This document shows, in pieces, positions 35,397 through 44,608 of a stretch of 64,000 nt of DNA. The notes below the pieces were generated by a model. That model saw nothing but the letters and a program-made list of their open reading frames with translations, did no database searches and was not told the DNA's origin. Numbering within the stretch: position 1 is the stretch's first letter; every line of letters begins with the position of its first letter. A program made the translations under genes and the position numbers. Source of the stretch: Dehalococcoidia bacterium (GTDB taxonomy: Bacteria; Chloroflexota; Dehalococcoidia; Lucifugimonadales; JADFKI01); contig OY762409.1 of NCBI GenBank assembly GCA_963665605.1, positions 3,851,061-3,915,060 of the forward strand, given 5' to 3'.

Positions 35397-35511
35397 CATA
35401 GAACGGCGATTTTGAGAGATGAATCTATGGGCAGGCCTTGTGCCTGCCCATACTTTGCGTGGTACAGAATTCAACAGCAATGATGTGCTGAGTATCAAGA
35501 GGTCATAGCAA

Positions 35512-36306
35512 ATGGTAACCCAACAGAATGGTCAGGTTGTGACAGTAGGCGGTGCGGAAATCGAAGTCGCTAGCAAGGGCAGTGGGGATCCACTAGTCTA
35601 TCTGCACGGCGCTTTTGGTTATAGGGGATGGCACCCGTTTATGGACGCCCTCGCCGAAGACTTCACAGTATATGCGCCTAGCCAGCCCGGATTCGTTGAC
35701 AGCGCTCCCGGACCCGACGATATTGACGAATTGTTGGATCTCACGCTTTACCACTTCGACCTGCTTGATGCCCTGGGACTGGCAGCGCCGAATGTTGTCG
35801 GGCACTTCTTGGGTGGGATGATCGCTGCGGAAATGGCGGCGATTCGTCCTGACAGTATCAGTAAGCTCGTGCTGGCCGCTCCTGCGGGGATTTGGCTTGA
35901 CGACGATCCAGGCGTTGACTACTTCGCAACGCCGATGGAGGAACTACGCGGCATTCTGTTCGCTGATCCGAATTCGGACGCGGCCAAGTCAGTGCTGCCT
36001 GAGCCTGCGGACGACCTTGAGCGCGGCACACAAATATTAGAGCGTGTGCGCTCGCTAGCCACTGTGGGCAAGTTCCTTTGGCCGATTCCGGACAAGGGAT
36101 TGAAGAAGCGGATGGGGCGCATAAAGGCACCGACCCTAGTAGTCGTAGGCGATCAGGACAAGGTTGTACCGGCGTCATATGGCATCGAATTTGGAAGTCG
36201 CATTTCAGGCGCGTCTGTACAGACAGTGACTGGCGCGGGGCACATGGTGATGATTGAGAGGCCTGGCGAATTTGCGCGAGCGGTGAAGGATTTCTTCCAG
36301 GGCTAA
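35512..36306 (+). CDS. Alpha/beta-hydrolase fold protein (MhpC/BphD-like) with Phe at the nucleophile position
   Basis: HG oxyanion motif (LHGAFG), Asp (VVGDQDKVVP) and His (GAGHMVMIERP) are present. The nucleophile elbow reads VVGHFLGG, with a TTC codon at 35806-35808. Confidence 0.75.
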   Translation: MVTQQNGQVVTVGGAEIEVASKGSGDPLVYLHGAFGYRGWHPFMDALAEDFTVYAPSQPGFVDSAPGPDDIDELLDLTLYHFDLLDALGLAAPNVVGHFLGGMIAAEMAAIRPDSISKLVLAAPAGIWLDDDPGVDYFATPMEELRGILFADPNSDAAKSVLPEPADDLERGTQILERVRSLATVGKFLWPIPDKGLKKRMGRIKAPTLVVVGDQDKVVPASYGIEFGSRISGASVQTVTGAGHMVMIERPGEFARAVKDFFQG

Positions 36307-36338
36307 CTTCTGCCTTCGCAGTCGCATTCGGTAATGTG

Positions 36339-36377
36339 AACGCCGCCCCGTATCTGACTATGAGGCGGCGTTTGTGT
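36339..36377. terminator. Hairpin between convergent genes (putative bidirectional terminator)
   Basis: Stem AACGCCGCC/GGCGGCGTT followed by TGTGT. Confidence 0.5.
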
Positions 36378-36395
36378 AGATCTGGTGGGCTTGTA

Positions 36396-38993
36396 CTATC
36401 CAACAAACCATTCTGCGAGTTCGTCACGGTTGTGTTCTAGCCAGGCAGCGTTGAGTCGTATGCGTTCTAGCGACTGACTGATGGTGCGCGCTCCGCCGGG
36501 CGCGGGGTTGTCTGAGAAGAAGCGCTCAACGTCGTCGTGCATATCCAGCGTTGTGAACGCAGAGGCAATACCAACGAGACGCATGATGGCGAATCCACCT
36601 TCGCCGTAACGCCTGTCGAGTTCCGGCCAGTTGTCTTTCAGGAACTGCCACGCAAGATCGCGGCCCTGAGTGTTGCCCGCGACGAGTGTAATGACGCTCA
36701 CAGTATCGTGCACCCGCACTTCGTCGCCGAGTGAGCGGTTAAGGGTTTCTTCAAGTAGCGCCTTGTCCTCAAACGAGGTCAGGCCATACAGGAATCTAAC
36801 CTTCTCCTCCTGGAGCGGCGTGTCACCTCGGAGTTGCCACATCGCATCGTACTCGGAGCGGCCGCCTATCTTTGCGGCGAGACGGAAGATGATACCTCGA
36901 ATGTCAGGGCTGACGCTTGCCGGGTCGTCAGCGTAGGCTGCGAATCGCATTGCAGCTTCTCGAAGGGCGTTCTCGTCGTCGTTGGCTCCCACATGATTGA
37001 GGACCGTGCTGCGAAGTAGGGCGTCCATGTGGGACTCGTTTGGCTTCGCATCCCAGCCGACGTTTGCGGCGACATCTTGGAATATGCCGCGTGAAAACGC
37101 CTGGAAGTTGCCATAGAAACCTTCGTCCGACAGCAAGTTGTCCAAGCCGCCCAAATTGGATGATAGGTCGGCACAGACGGGGGCATTGTCCTCATTCTGA
37201 TATGCCTCGGCGATAGTGAGGAAATCGGTCGCGGGTATGATTCCCGCGCGGCTGAGGGCAAACGCGTCGTTTTGAATGCCGAGCCTGTCAATTGGTGTTA
37301 GTGCCTTCGATCTGATGGGTTCGACTAGGCGCTGCAAGTCGGCGCTTGAGTATTTCACGCGATAGAACCCGGTCTGCTCCGGGTTGACCTTCGTCCATGA
37401 GTCGTCGCCTGAACCGGAGTCGGGAACATCCCAAGAGAGTGACCTTGTGTCCATCAGCGTCCCTGCGCTGTCAGAGCCACTGCCTGTGTACACGCCAACG
37501 GGAACCCTCCACAGCGTCTCGTCGTCGTCTCCCGATTCAAGGATGGCGTCGTACAGGAAGCGGCGCTGCGTCAAGTGCAGGCCTATGTTTCCGTTGCTGC
37601 GCTCAATTCCGACGTCCAACATAGGATAGCCGGTCTGCAAGACCCAACTGTCCATTATTTCTGCCACCGGCTCGCCGGACACATCGGCCAGCGCGTTCCA
37701 AAGGTCGGATCGTTCGGCGTTGTCGTACTGGTGCGTGGTCAGGTACTTGTTCAAGCCCTGCCGGAAGGTCTCTTCGCCCAGGAAGCTCTCCAGCATTCTG
37801 AGGATTGACCCGCCCTTGCTGTAACTGATGGCGTCAAAGAGTTCGCCGATCTGCGCCGGATTGCTGACCTCCTGCTCGATTGGGTGCGAGTTGCGTAGCC
37901 CGTCGAGGCTGAGGGCACGATTTGTGTCGCTGGAGACGAACTGCGTCCAGACCTCCCAGTCAGGGAAGAGGTTGTCGGTCGCCTTGTCTCCCATCCATGA
38001 GGCGAAGCTCTCGTTGAGCCAGAGGTCGTTCCACCAGGCCATTGTAACTAGGTCGCCGAACCACATATGGGCCATTTCGTGGGCGATGATGGCGGCGACA
38101 ATCTGACGCGTTCCAACGGAGGTGTTTTCCGAATCAACGAGCAGCGCGGTCTCCCGGTATGTTATTGCGCCCCAGTTCTCCATCGCTCCAGCGGCGAAGT
38201 CAGGAATCGCGAAGTGGTCAAGCTTGGGAAGAGGATAGGGAATGCCGAAGTAGTCGTTGAAGTACTTCAACAGACGTATGGAGGTCTCCAGCGCGAATCG
38301 ACCCTGCTCTTCGCGGCCTCTCGTCGTGAAGACGCGCATTAGAGTGCCATTGTCTCCGACTTCCTCGATATAAGAAAGGTCCCCTACGATGAATGCCAGC
38401 AAGTAGGTGGACATAATTGGAGTCTCTGCGTAATTGACCGACTTGACCCCTGGGCGTATCGCTTCTTCGCTTACAATCGGCATATTGGAGACGGCGGTCA
38501 TATCCGCGGGAACTACAAGTGTAAGCTCGAAGGTCGCCTTGAGCGCGGGCTCATCCCAGCAGGGGAATGCACGGCGTGCATCCGTGGCTTCCAACTGCGT
38601 AGTCGCCATAAAGCGCTCATTGCCGTCAATGTCGGTGTAGCTGCTGCGGTAGAAGCCCCTCAGCTTGTCGTTCAGCTCGCCTGTAAACTCGATTGAGAGC
38701 GTTGCCTCGCCGGCTGGCAATTCGACGCCAAACTGAAAACTGGCGGTCTCGTCCTCTTCATTCAACAGGGTGCTCTGGGCCGCCAGCTCCGTTCCGTCGG
38801 ACAATGTTATCGAGCAGGACTGGATAGCAATCTCAATCGAATTAAGAGTGATGGACGATGTGGGAGATAGAATATCAATCTGAATCGCCTCACTGCCGGT
38901 GAATGTGAATGTGCTGAAGTCGGGCTCCAGGGTTATCCGGTATTTCCAGGGCTTGACGTTTGCCGGGACTAAGATTGCGTTTGATGTTGTCAT
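36396..38993 (-). CDS. pepN: Aminopeptidase N (M1 family)
   Basis: GAMENWG exopeptidase motif and HEMAHMWFGDLVTMAWWNDLWLNESFA zinc motif (HExxH-18-E). Confidence 0.9.
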   Translation of the reverse strand: MTTSNAILVPANVKPWKYRITLEPDFSTFTFTGSEAIQIDILSPTSSITLNSIEIAIQSCSITLSDGTELAAQSTLLNEEDETASFQFGVELPAGEATLSIEFTGELNDKLRGFYRSSYTDIDGNERFMATTQLEATDARRAFPCWDEPALKATFELTLVVPADMTAVSNMPIVSEEAIRPGVKSVNYAETPIMSTYLLAFIVGDLSYIEEVGDNGTLMRVFTTRGREEQGRFALETSIRLLKYFNDYFGIPYPLPKLDHFAIPDFAAGAMENWGAITYRETALLVDSENTSVGTRQIVAAIIAHEMAHMWFGDLVTMAWWNDLWLNESFASWMGDKATDNLFPDWEVWTQFVSSDTNRALSLDGLRNSHPIEQEVSNPAQIGELFDAISYSKGGSILRMLESFLGEETFRQGLNKYLTTHQYDNAERSDLWNALADVSGEPVAEIMDSWVLQTGYPMLDVGIERSNGNIGLHLTQRRFLYDAILESGDDDETLWRVPVGVYTGSGSDSAGTLMDTRSLSWDVPDSGSGDDSWTKVNPEQTGFYRVKYSSADLQRLVEPIRSKALTPIDRLGIQNDAFALSRAGIIPATDFLTIAEAYQNEDNAPVCADLSSNLGGLDNLLSDEGFYGNFQAFSRGIFQDVAANVGWDAKPNESHMDALLRSTVLNHVGANDDENALREAAMRFAAYADDPASVSPDIRGIIFRLAAKIGGRSEYDAMWQLRGDTPLQEEKVRFLYGLTSFEDKALLEETLNRSLGDEVRVHDTVSVITLVAGNTQGRDLAWQFLKDNWPELDRRYGEGGFAIMRLVGIASAFTTLDMHDDVERFFSDNPAPGGARTISQSLERIRLNAAWLEHNRDELAEWFVG

Positions 38994-39028
38994 TGATTCC
39001 TCTCAATGGTGGTTGTTTCATGTTCCAG

Positions 39029-39808
39029 TTAGCTTGCTGTCCAGTTTGGCTTGCGCTTCTCGGAAAAAGCAAGCGGGCCTTCGACGAAGTCGTCGGACGC
39101 TGCGGCCTTCAGTTGCTCCGAGTAGTTGCGGTTGAGGGCAATTTCGAGAGGCCAGTCGTAGCCACTAGTTGCCATTTGCTTGCTTGCGCGGGCTGAGAGG
39201 GGAGCTACTTCAAGGATTTCGTTAGCCCAGCGTTCCGCGGTTGCCATCAGGTCTTTCAAGGGGACCACTTCGTTTACGAGGCCGAGGCGATACGCCTCCT
39301 GTACGGGTATGCGTCGAGCCGTGAGGAGCATGCCCATTGCAATCTTGTAGGGGACGTGTCGCGGCAGCCTGTGAACGCCACCTGCGCCCGCAATCAGACC
39401 GACGCGCGGTTCAGGCAGGCCGACCTCTGCGTGGTCGGCGGCGATGATAATGTCGCATGCCATTGCTAGTTCCAAGCCGCCGCCGAGAGCGTAGCCGTTA
39501 ACCGCCGCGATGATGGGCTTCCAGCATTCGAAGTTGGAAGTAATTCCGCCGAAGCGCGCAATCTCGCCCGAGCGATCGCGCCGTCCTCGCTCTGCCGTGT
39601 ATCGGAGATCGTTGCCAGCGCTGAATGCTCGCTCACCCGTTCCGGTAAGTATCGCTACCCATACATCGGGGTCGTCACGAAAGTCGCAGAAAGCCTGGTA
39701 AAGCTCCGCGTTGGCGGGTGGGTGAAGCGCATTGAGACGCTCCGGCCTTGTGATGGTCACATAGGCGATGCGCCCCTTCTTTTCGTAAGTAATGAATTCG
39801 TAGGCCAT
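39029..39808 (-). CDS. Enoyl-CoA hydratase/isomerase (crotonase) family protein
   Basis: RPE.LNAL, ILTG.G.RAFSAG.DL, A.NG.A.GGG.ELA..CD. Confidence 0.85.
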   Translation of the reverse strand: MAYEFITYEKKGRIAYVTITRPERLNALHPPANAELYQAFCDFRDDPDVWVAILTGTGERAFSAGNDLRYTAERGRRDRSGEIARFGGITSNFECWKPIIAAVNGYALGGGLELAMACDIIIAADHAEVGLPEPRVGLIAGAGGVHRLPRHVPYKIAMGMLLTARRIPVQEAYRLGLVNEVVPLKDLMATAERWANEILEVAPLSARASKQMATSGYDWPLEIALNRNYSEQLKAAASDDFVEGPLAFSEKRKPNWTAS

Positions 39809-39877
39809 TGTTCTCTCCTCATAAGAGCGTGCTTTGTGTCGAACGGAATTATAACAGTAGCGTAGGTGCCAGCTTGC

Positions 39878-40480
39878 CTATGCCCAGCCGTCCCAATGAG
39901 TGACATCCTCGATCGGCTTTCTGCGCGTGGGCCCGTAGCGCACACCATCTGCCGGGTATCCTATGGGCAGCAATGCGGCGGTTTCCACATGATCTGGGAT
40001 GCCCAGAATCTCATGCACCTCGTCCTCGTACTGCTTGTGGAATGTCGTGAGCACGCTTCCCAGTCCGAGGGCGCGGGCAGCCAAGAGAATATTCTGCACT
40101 GCCGGGTATATCGATGAGCCGGTGGTTAGATTTGTCGAGCCTCCGTGTTCGATGCAGGCGAGGAGCAGAACCGGCGCTTCATCCATATGTTCAACGAGAT
40201 GGGTCGCTGAGCGGAGAATGCGTGGGTTTACGTCCTGAAGCCATTGCAGGTTTGGAAGTGCCTGCCGTCCTGCCCGGCGATAGATTTCAGAAAGCTTGGC
40301 GCGCAATTCATCGTCCTGGATAATCATGAAGTGCCACATCTGGCGGTTGGTTCCGCTCGGAGCCTTCGACGCGGCTTCAAGTATCTTGTCCAGCGCCTCC
40401 TTTGGCACGGGGTCGGACTTGAAATAGCGGATCGCCCGTTGCGTGTGCATGGCTTCAAAAAGGCCAATATCTTCGCTCAT
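39878..40480 (-). CDS. Nitroreductase-family flavoprotein
   Basis: N-terminal ...A...R.IR.F...PV......IL.AA..APSG.N.Q.W.F pattern; about 200 aa. Confidence 0.8.
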   Translation of the reverse strand: MSEDIGLFEAMHTQRAIRYFKSDPVPKEALDKILEAASKAPSGTNRQMWHFMIIQDDELRAKLSEIYRRAGRQALPNLQWLQDVNPRILRSATHLVEHMDEAPVLLLACIEHGGSTNLTTGSSIYPAVQNILLAARALGLGSVLTTFHKQYEDEVHEILGIPDHVETAALLPIGYPADGVRYGPTRRKPIEDVTHWDGWA

Positions 40481-40610
40481 AACGTACTCCTGACTAATGC
40501 TGAATTTCAGTGGAGATTATATCTTATCGCACTCTTGGATTGTGTGCGGCGGGCATTACGCTCTGTTAAGATAGGCGGGCAAAATCTGAAAATAATTGGA
40601 GGAAGCTAAG

Positions 40611-41630
40611 ATGAAGGTCGGAACTGGAATGCAGGGTGGTCTGGTGGCGGATATTCCTGAGAAGGTTCGCAAGGCGGAAGAACTGGGCTACGACTTCTTT
40701 TCGACCAGCGAAACGAAGCATAACCCGTTTGTCACCGCCGCTCTCGCCGCAGAGCATGTCCGGCGCGCGCAAGTTCGGACGTCCATTGCCTTGGCGTTCG
40801 CACGAAGCCCAATGGATACCGCCTACAATGCCTGGGACCTGCAGTCTTTGTCGGGTGGGAAGTTCCAGTTGGGCATGGGCAGCCAGGTTCGTGGACACAT
40901 AGTCAGGCGTTTTAACATGCCTTGGGGCAGACCAGCGGCCAGAATGCGCGAGTACATCCAGGCGCTGCGTCACATCTGGGGAAGCTGGCAGGACGGCACG
41001 CGACTGAACTTCCAGGGGGACTTCTACAATTTCAACCTTATGCCTCCATTTTTTACCCCTGATCCGATCGATCACCCCGACATAAAGGTGTACATTGCGG
41101 CAGTCAACGAGCGGATGCTTCAGGTGGCAGGTGAAGTGTGTGATGGCGTACTTCTCCACTCGTTCGGCACATTCAAGTATATCAACGAGGTCGTTGTCCC
41201 AAACTTACAGAAGGGAGCGGACAGGGCGGGCAGAACCCTTGCTGACATCGATATCAACGGGGGCGGATACATCATCACCGGTCCGAGTGAGGAGAATATA
41301 GAACGCAGCAGGCAGGAGGTGAAGAACGCCATATCGTTCTACGCCTCAACGCGCAGCTACGCTCCCGTGATGAACCATCATGGCTGGAACGATACGGCAC
41401 AGCAACTGTATCGTATGTCCGTGGATAACAAGTGGGGAGAGATGGGGTCACTCATTACCGACGAAATGTTGGATGAGTTTGCCATCGTGGGTACCTACGA
41501 CGAGATCGTTGACAAGATTAAGGAGACGTTTGGGCCATTCGCGAGTTCTCTGAGCTTTTCGATTCCGGTGAGCACCGGCGAGGATGAGGAAGTACTCAAG
41601 GATATGATCGCGCGACTGAAAGAGGATTAG
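40611..41630 (+). CDS. Luciferase-like (LLM class, probably F420- or FMN-dependent) oxidoreductase
   Basis: MKVG.........I.....AEELG.D......E..H.PF......A and LLM barrel length. ATG at 40611 with a GGAGGAAG RBS. Confidence 0.8.
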   Translation: MKVGTGMQGGLVADIPEKVRKAEELGYDFFSTSETKHNPFVTAALAAEHVRRAQVRTSIALAFARSPMDTAYNAWDLQSLSGGKFQLGMGSQVRGHIVRRFNMPWGRPAARMREYIQALRHIWGSWQDGTRLNFQGDFYNFNLMPPFFTPDPIDHPDIKVYIAAVNERMLQVAGEVCDGVLLHSFGTFKYINEVVVPNLQKGADRAGRTLADIDINGGGYIITGPSEENIERSRQEVKNAISFYASTRSYAPVMNHHGWNDTAQQLYRMSVDNKWGEMGSLITDEMLDEFAIVGTYDEIVDKIKETFGPFASSLSFSIPVSTGEDEEVLKDMIARLKED

Positions 41631-41636
41631 AGCAAA

Positions 41637-42248
41637 TCAGAGCAGAATCTTGCGCGGTGGGACACGATGGCGTTCGCGTCTTATGATGTCTTCGATCTCA
41701 AGCGCGGCTTCGTCAGTGGCGTCAGTGTGGTGGACGACAGTGTAATCGAATTTTTCGGCTTCCTGAAGTTCGTGGCGCGCCTGCTCAATACGTGTAATCA
41801 GCGCATCGTCCGATTCGGTGTTGCGCCCACGCAGCCTGCGCTCTAGCTCTTCACCACTTGGCGGGGCGAGGAAGATGAAGAGGGCGTCCGGTACCAGGCT
41901 GCGAACTGTTGCCGCGCCTTGGACATCAATCTTCAGAATGACATCCTGGCCTCGCGCCATGGCGTCCATCACCTGTGACTTGGGGACGCCGTAGTAGTTG
42001 CCAAAGACGTTCGCCCACTCTAGCAGTTCTTCGTTTGCAATCATAGATTCAAACTGCCGGGCGCTGATAAAGTGGTAATCCATGCCGTCGTGCTCGCCGT
42101 TGCGCTTGGCGCGAGTGGTGACGGTCACCGTGAAATGGTAGGGTCTGCCGGCTTCCCTCAAACGGGAGAGCAGCAAGTCCTTGCCCACTCCGGATGGGCC
42201 GGACAGCACGAGCAGCAGGGGGTTGGAGTGGACGGGCGCTTCCATCAC
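41637..42248 (-). CDS. gmk: Guanylate kinase
   Basis: P-loop LSGPSGVGKD, TTR..R..E.DG.DY.F, and GDVILKIDVQG-like segments. Confidence 0.9.
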   Translation of the reverse strand: MMEAPVHSNPLLLVLSGPSGVGKDLLLSRLREAGRPYHFTVTVTTRAKRNGEHDGMDYHFISARQFESMIANEELLEWANVFGNYYGVPKSQVMDAMARGQDVILKIDVQGAATVRSLVPDALFIFLAPPSGEELERRLRGRNTESDDALITRIEQARHELQEAEKFDYTVVHHTDATDEAALEIEDIIRRERHRVPPRKILL

Positions 42249-43276
42249 CGGTTGCGCAGGTAGTTCCAGGACTTCTTGCGCTTTTCATCCCCGCCGGTCA
42301 TCTGTTGGTACCGCTGCGTTAGCTTCTCTCCGAAGAAAGCGGTTGCCATTGACTGGCCAGCCGTGGGAAGCGCGTTTTCGCCCGTGTCAACGACTGCGCC
42401 TGCGTCCCACCTTGCGCGGCCCTCCCACGCCTTGATGAATGTGTCCACAAGCTCATCGTTCGACTCTCTGATCATATTGCGATATGTGTAGAGCTCTGTG
42501 ATGTACTCATCAATCCAGTGGACGAGCGCTTCGATGTTGGTGTAGCAGGATGCCTCGTTGTCTATTGGGTCTTCGGATGCGAGACGTGAATATTCCGCGA
42601 AAGTAGAGGCAGCGAGCTGGTGCATTTCCCTCCACGATTCACTTCCGGCAGTGGTAGTTACGAATGCGGACGAGAGGACGGTAGGCAGGACTTCCATGGC
42701 CACAGCATAGCTGTCGTGCTCGTGCGGGTCGAGGAAGAGGGGCTTTGCGCCTATGAGTTCCACCATCCCGACAACTGTCTTGACTGAGGTTTCATCGGCT
42801 GAGCCCGAGGGTGAAATGCAGTAGTGGGCACCCTGGAACAGGTCTGCAGACGCATCTTCGAGCGTCGTATAAGGCTTGCGAATAAGGGGTCGCCCTGAGA
42901 CGAAGCTGACACTCCCTGGTAGGAGCTGATCTGCCCATTCCATCGCCCTGACCTTGGCAGCGCAGGTGTCAGTGATGACGCAGCCATCCTCGACTATCGG
43001 CGCGATGGCGTCCAGAAGCTCACGCGTCTGCGTAAATGGGGAATCGAGTACAATCATCTGCGCGCCGCGGACGGCGGTTCGCAGGTTCGAAGTCTCTTCG
43101 TCGTAAGCTCCGCTCTTGAATGCAATTTTCAAGGCGTCTCTGTCGCCTGAACTTCCTACAATCTCCGTGTTGCGGAGGTTGGCTCGCTTCAAAGCTAGTC
43201 CAATGGACACGCCGACGACTCCTGTGCCTATGATCGTAATGCGCTCCAAGTCACACCTCCTTTTTCGAATTGCCAA
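42245..43276 (-). CDS. Prephenate/arogenate dehydrogenase-like protein (atypical active-site region)
   Basis: Rossmann motif ITIIGTGVVGVSIGLAL and C-terminal ...DP.EHD...A....LP..L. The segment expected to read GGHP reads SGRP. Its stop overlaps the gmk start. Confidence 0.6.
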   Translation of the reverse strand: MAIRKRRCDLERITIIGTGVVGVSIGLALKRANLRNTEIVGSSGDRDALKIAFKSGAYDEETSNLRTAVRGAQMIVLDSPFTQTRELLDAIAPIVEDGCVITDTCAAKVRAMEWADQLLPGSVSFVSGRPLIRKPYTTLEDASADLFQGAHYCISPSGSADETSVKTVVGMVELIGAKPLFLDPHEHDSYAVAMEVLPTVLSSAFVTTTAGSESWREMHQLAASTFAEYSRLASEDPIDNEASCYTNIEALVHWIDEYITELYTYRNMIRESNDELVDTFIKAWEGRARWDAGAVVDTGENALPTAGQSMATAFFGEKLTQRYQQMTGGDEKRKKSWNYLRNR

Positions 43277-43332
43277 TGCTAACCAGAATTATGCTCACGT
43301 TGGAAAGTCTATCATACATCGCGACAACATCG

Positions 43333-43992
43333 TTACACACCGAGGAGCAGTTGCCTCAATACTCCGATTGCGGGAATCAATATTCTGCTGAGAATCCCAA
43401 CGCTAAAAACGGCGTCTGCCAGAACTACAACCAGAAGTATCACCATTCCGAAGCGTTCGGTGCGCTCAAAGACTGCCGCTGCTGTTCGGGGCAGTATGCC
43501 CAGTACGACCTTGAAGCCGTCGAGAGGTGCGATCGGCAGCAGATTGAATACCGCAAGTACGATGTTCCACAGTACCAGGGACTGCAGGAACAATGAGTCT
43601 ATACCGCCACCGAATGAAACAGTGCCCAATCTGAAGGGAAGTGCAGCGAGAGTCGCCACGATCATGTTTGATATTGGGCCGGCAAGCGCGACCAAAGCCA
43701 TGCCTGGACGCTCGCCGATGCGGATGTTGGAGGGCGTTACAGGGGTTGGCCTGCCCCACCCAAAGCCGGCGACGAGAATAAGGATTGTGCCGAGCGGGTC
43801 GAGGTGCCTGACTGGATTCAGCGACAGTCTGCCCTGGCCACGTGCTGTGTAGTCACCGAGCTGGGTGGCAGACCATGCGTGGCTGAACTCGTGGACGGTT
43901 ATGCCGACTATCAGGGCAACGGCGAAGGCGGCAAGGCTTATCAGCGCTCCGACAGGATCGATCTGAAACTGATCAAGTAAGCGAAAGAGCAA
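43333..43992 (-). CDS. Site-2 protease family (M50) membrane metalloprotease
   Basis: HEFSHAWSA (HExxH) within a TM helix, and NLLPIAPLDG. Confidence 0.85.
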   Translation of the reverse strand: MLFRLLDQFQIDPVGALISLAAFAVALIVGITVHEFSHAWSATQLGDYTARGQGRLSLNPVRHLDPLGTILILVAGFGWGRPTPVTPSNIRIGERPGMALVALAGPISNMIVATLAALPFRLGTVSFGGGIDSLFLQSLVLWNIVLAVFNLLPIAPLDGFKVVLGILPRTAAAVFERTERFGMVILLVVVLADAVFSVGILSRILIPAIGVLRQLLLGV

Positions 43993-44024
43993 GATAGGGC
44001 CCGTTCATATTCAGACAAGAGAAT

Positions 44025-44054
44025 GCGCGGCGGGATGAATTCATCCCGCCGCGC
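44025..44054 (-). terminator. Palindromic hairpin after the HesB-like gene
   Basis: Perfect 30-nt palindrome GCGCGGCGGGATGAATTCATCCCGCCGCGC, followed on the minus strand by ATTCTCTTG. Confidence 0.6.
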
Positions 44055-44080
44055 AATTTATCACAAGGATAGGGTGAGGC

Positions 44081-44488
44081 TTAGTGACCGCCGCATCCGC
44101 AGCCACCACCACCGCCCCCGCAGCCACCACCGCCGCAACCACAGCCACCACCACCGCAGGCGCATCCGCCGCCGCCACTGCCAACCTGGAAATTGGGATT
44201 GCTGATGACGAAACCGCTGCGCATCAGGCCATCTACATAGTCGATCTGTGCGCCTTCGACAAGAGGAGCGCTTTCAGGGTCAACTAAGACTTGCACGCCG
44301 GGGGCATCAACGACAAGGTCGTCTGACTTTGCCTCGCGCTCCATTCCAAGCATATACTGGAAGCTGCCGTGTGGTCCCGGAACGACCATCATCCGCAGCA
44401 GCGCACCCTTTTCGCCCTGCTCGTTAAGTATCTCTTCGAGCTTCTCAGAAGCCAAATCAGAAACCTCTATAAGAGGGGTTGTTGTCAC
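44081..44488 (-). CDS. HesB/IscA-family (A-type Fe-S carrier-like) protein with a C-terminal Gly/Cys-rich tail
   Basis: The family core aligns with IscA (L.V....L.......G...LR......G..G..Y.L...........D....G....VD..S...L.G..IDYV.......F.I.NPN). The C-terminus is GSGGGGCACGGGGCGCGGGGCGGGGGGCGCGGH. Confidence 0.75.
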   Translation of the reverse strand: MTTTPLIEVSDLASEKLEEILNEQGEKGALLRMMVVPGPHGSFQYMLGMEREAKSDDLVVDAPGVQVLVDPESAPLVEGAQIDYVDGLMRSGFVISNPNFQVGSGGGGCACGGGGCGCGGGGCGGGGGGCGCGGH

Positions 44489-44608
44489 GGTTACACCTCC
44501 GGCCTATAAAGCCTCATTATGCAGACGCGGCTGCCTGTCCGCCAATCGTAACATTACGGCAAGTGACGGTCAAGAACAGCGCCCGGCTTGACGCTCTTGC
44601 CTTAGCTC

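Noticed and set aside
44084-44180. GC-rich GGN/GCA triplet tract as a non-coding microsatellite
   Set aside because: It is in frame with, and terminates, the HesB-like ORF on the minus strand. It is treated as a coding Gly/Cys tail and reported as a finding.
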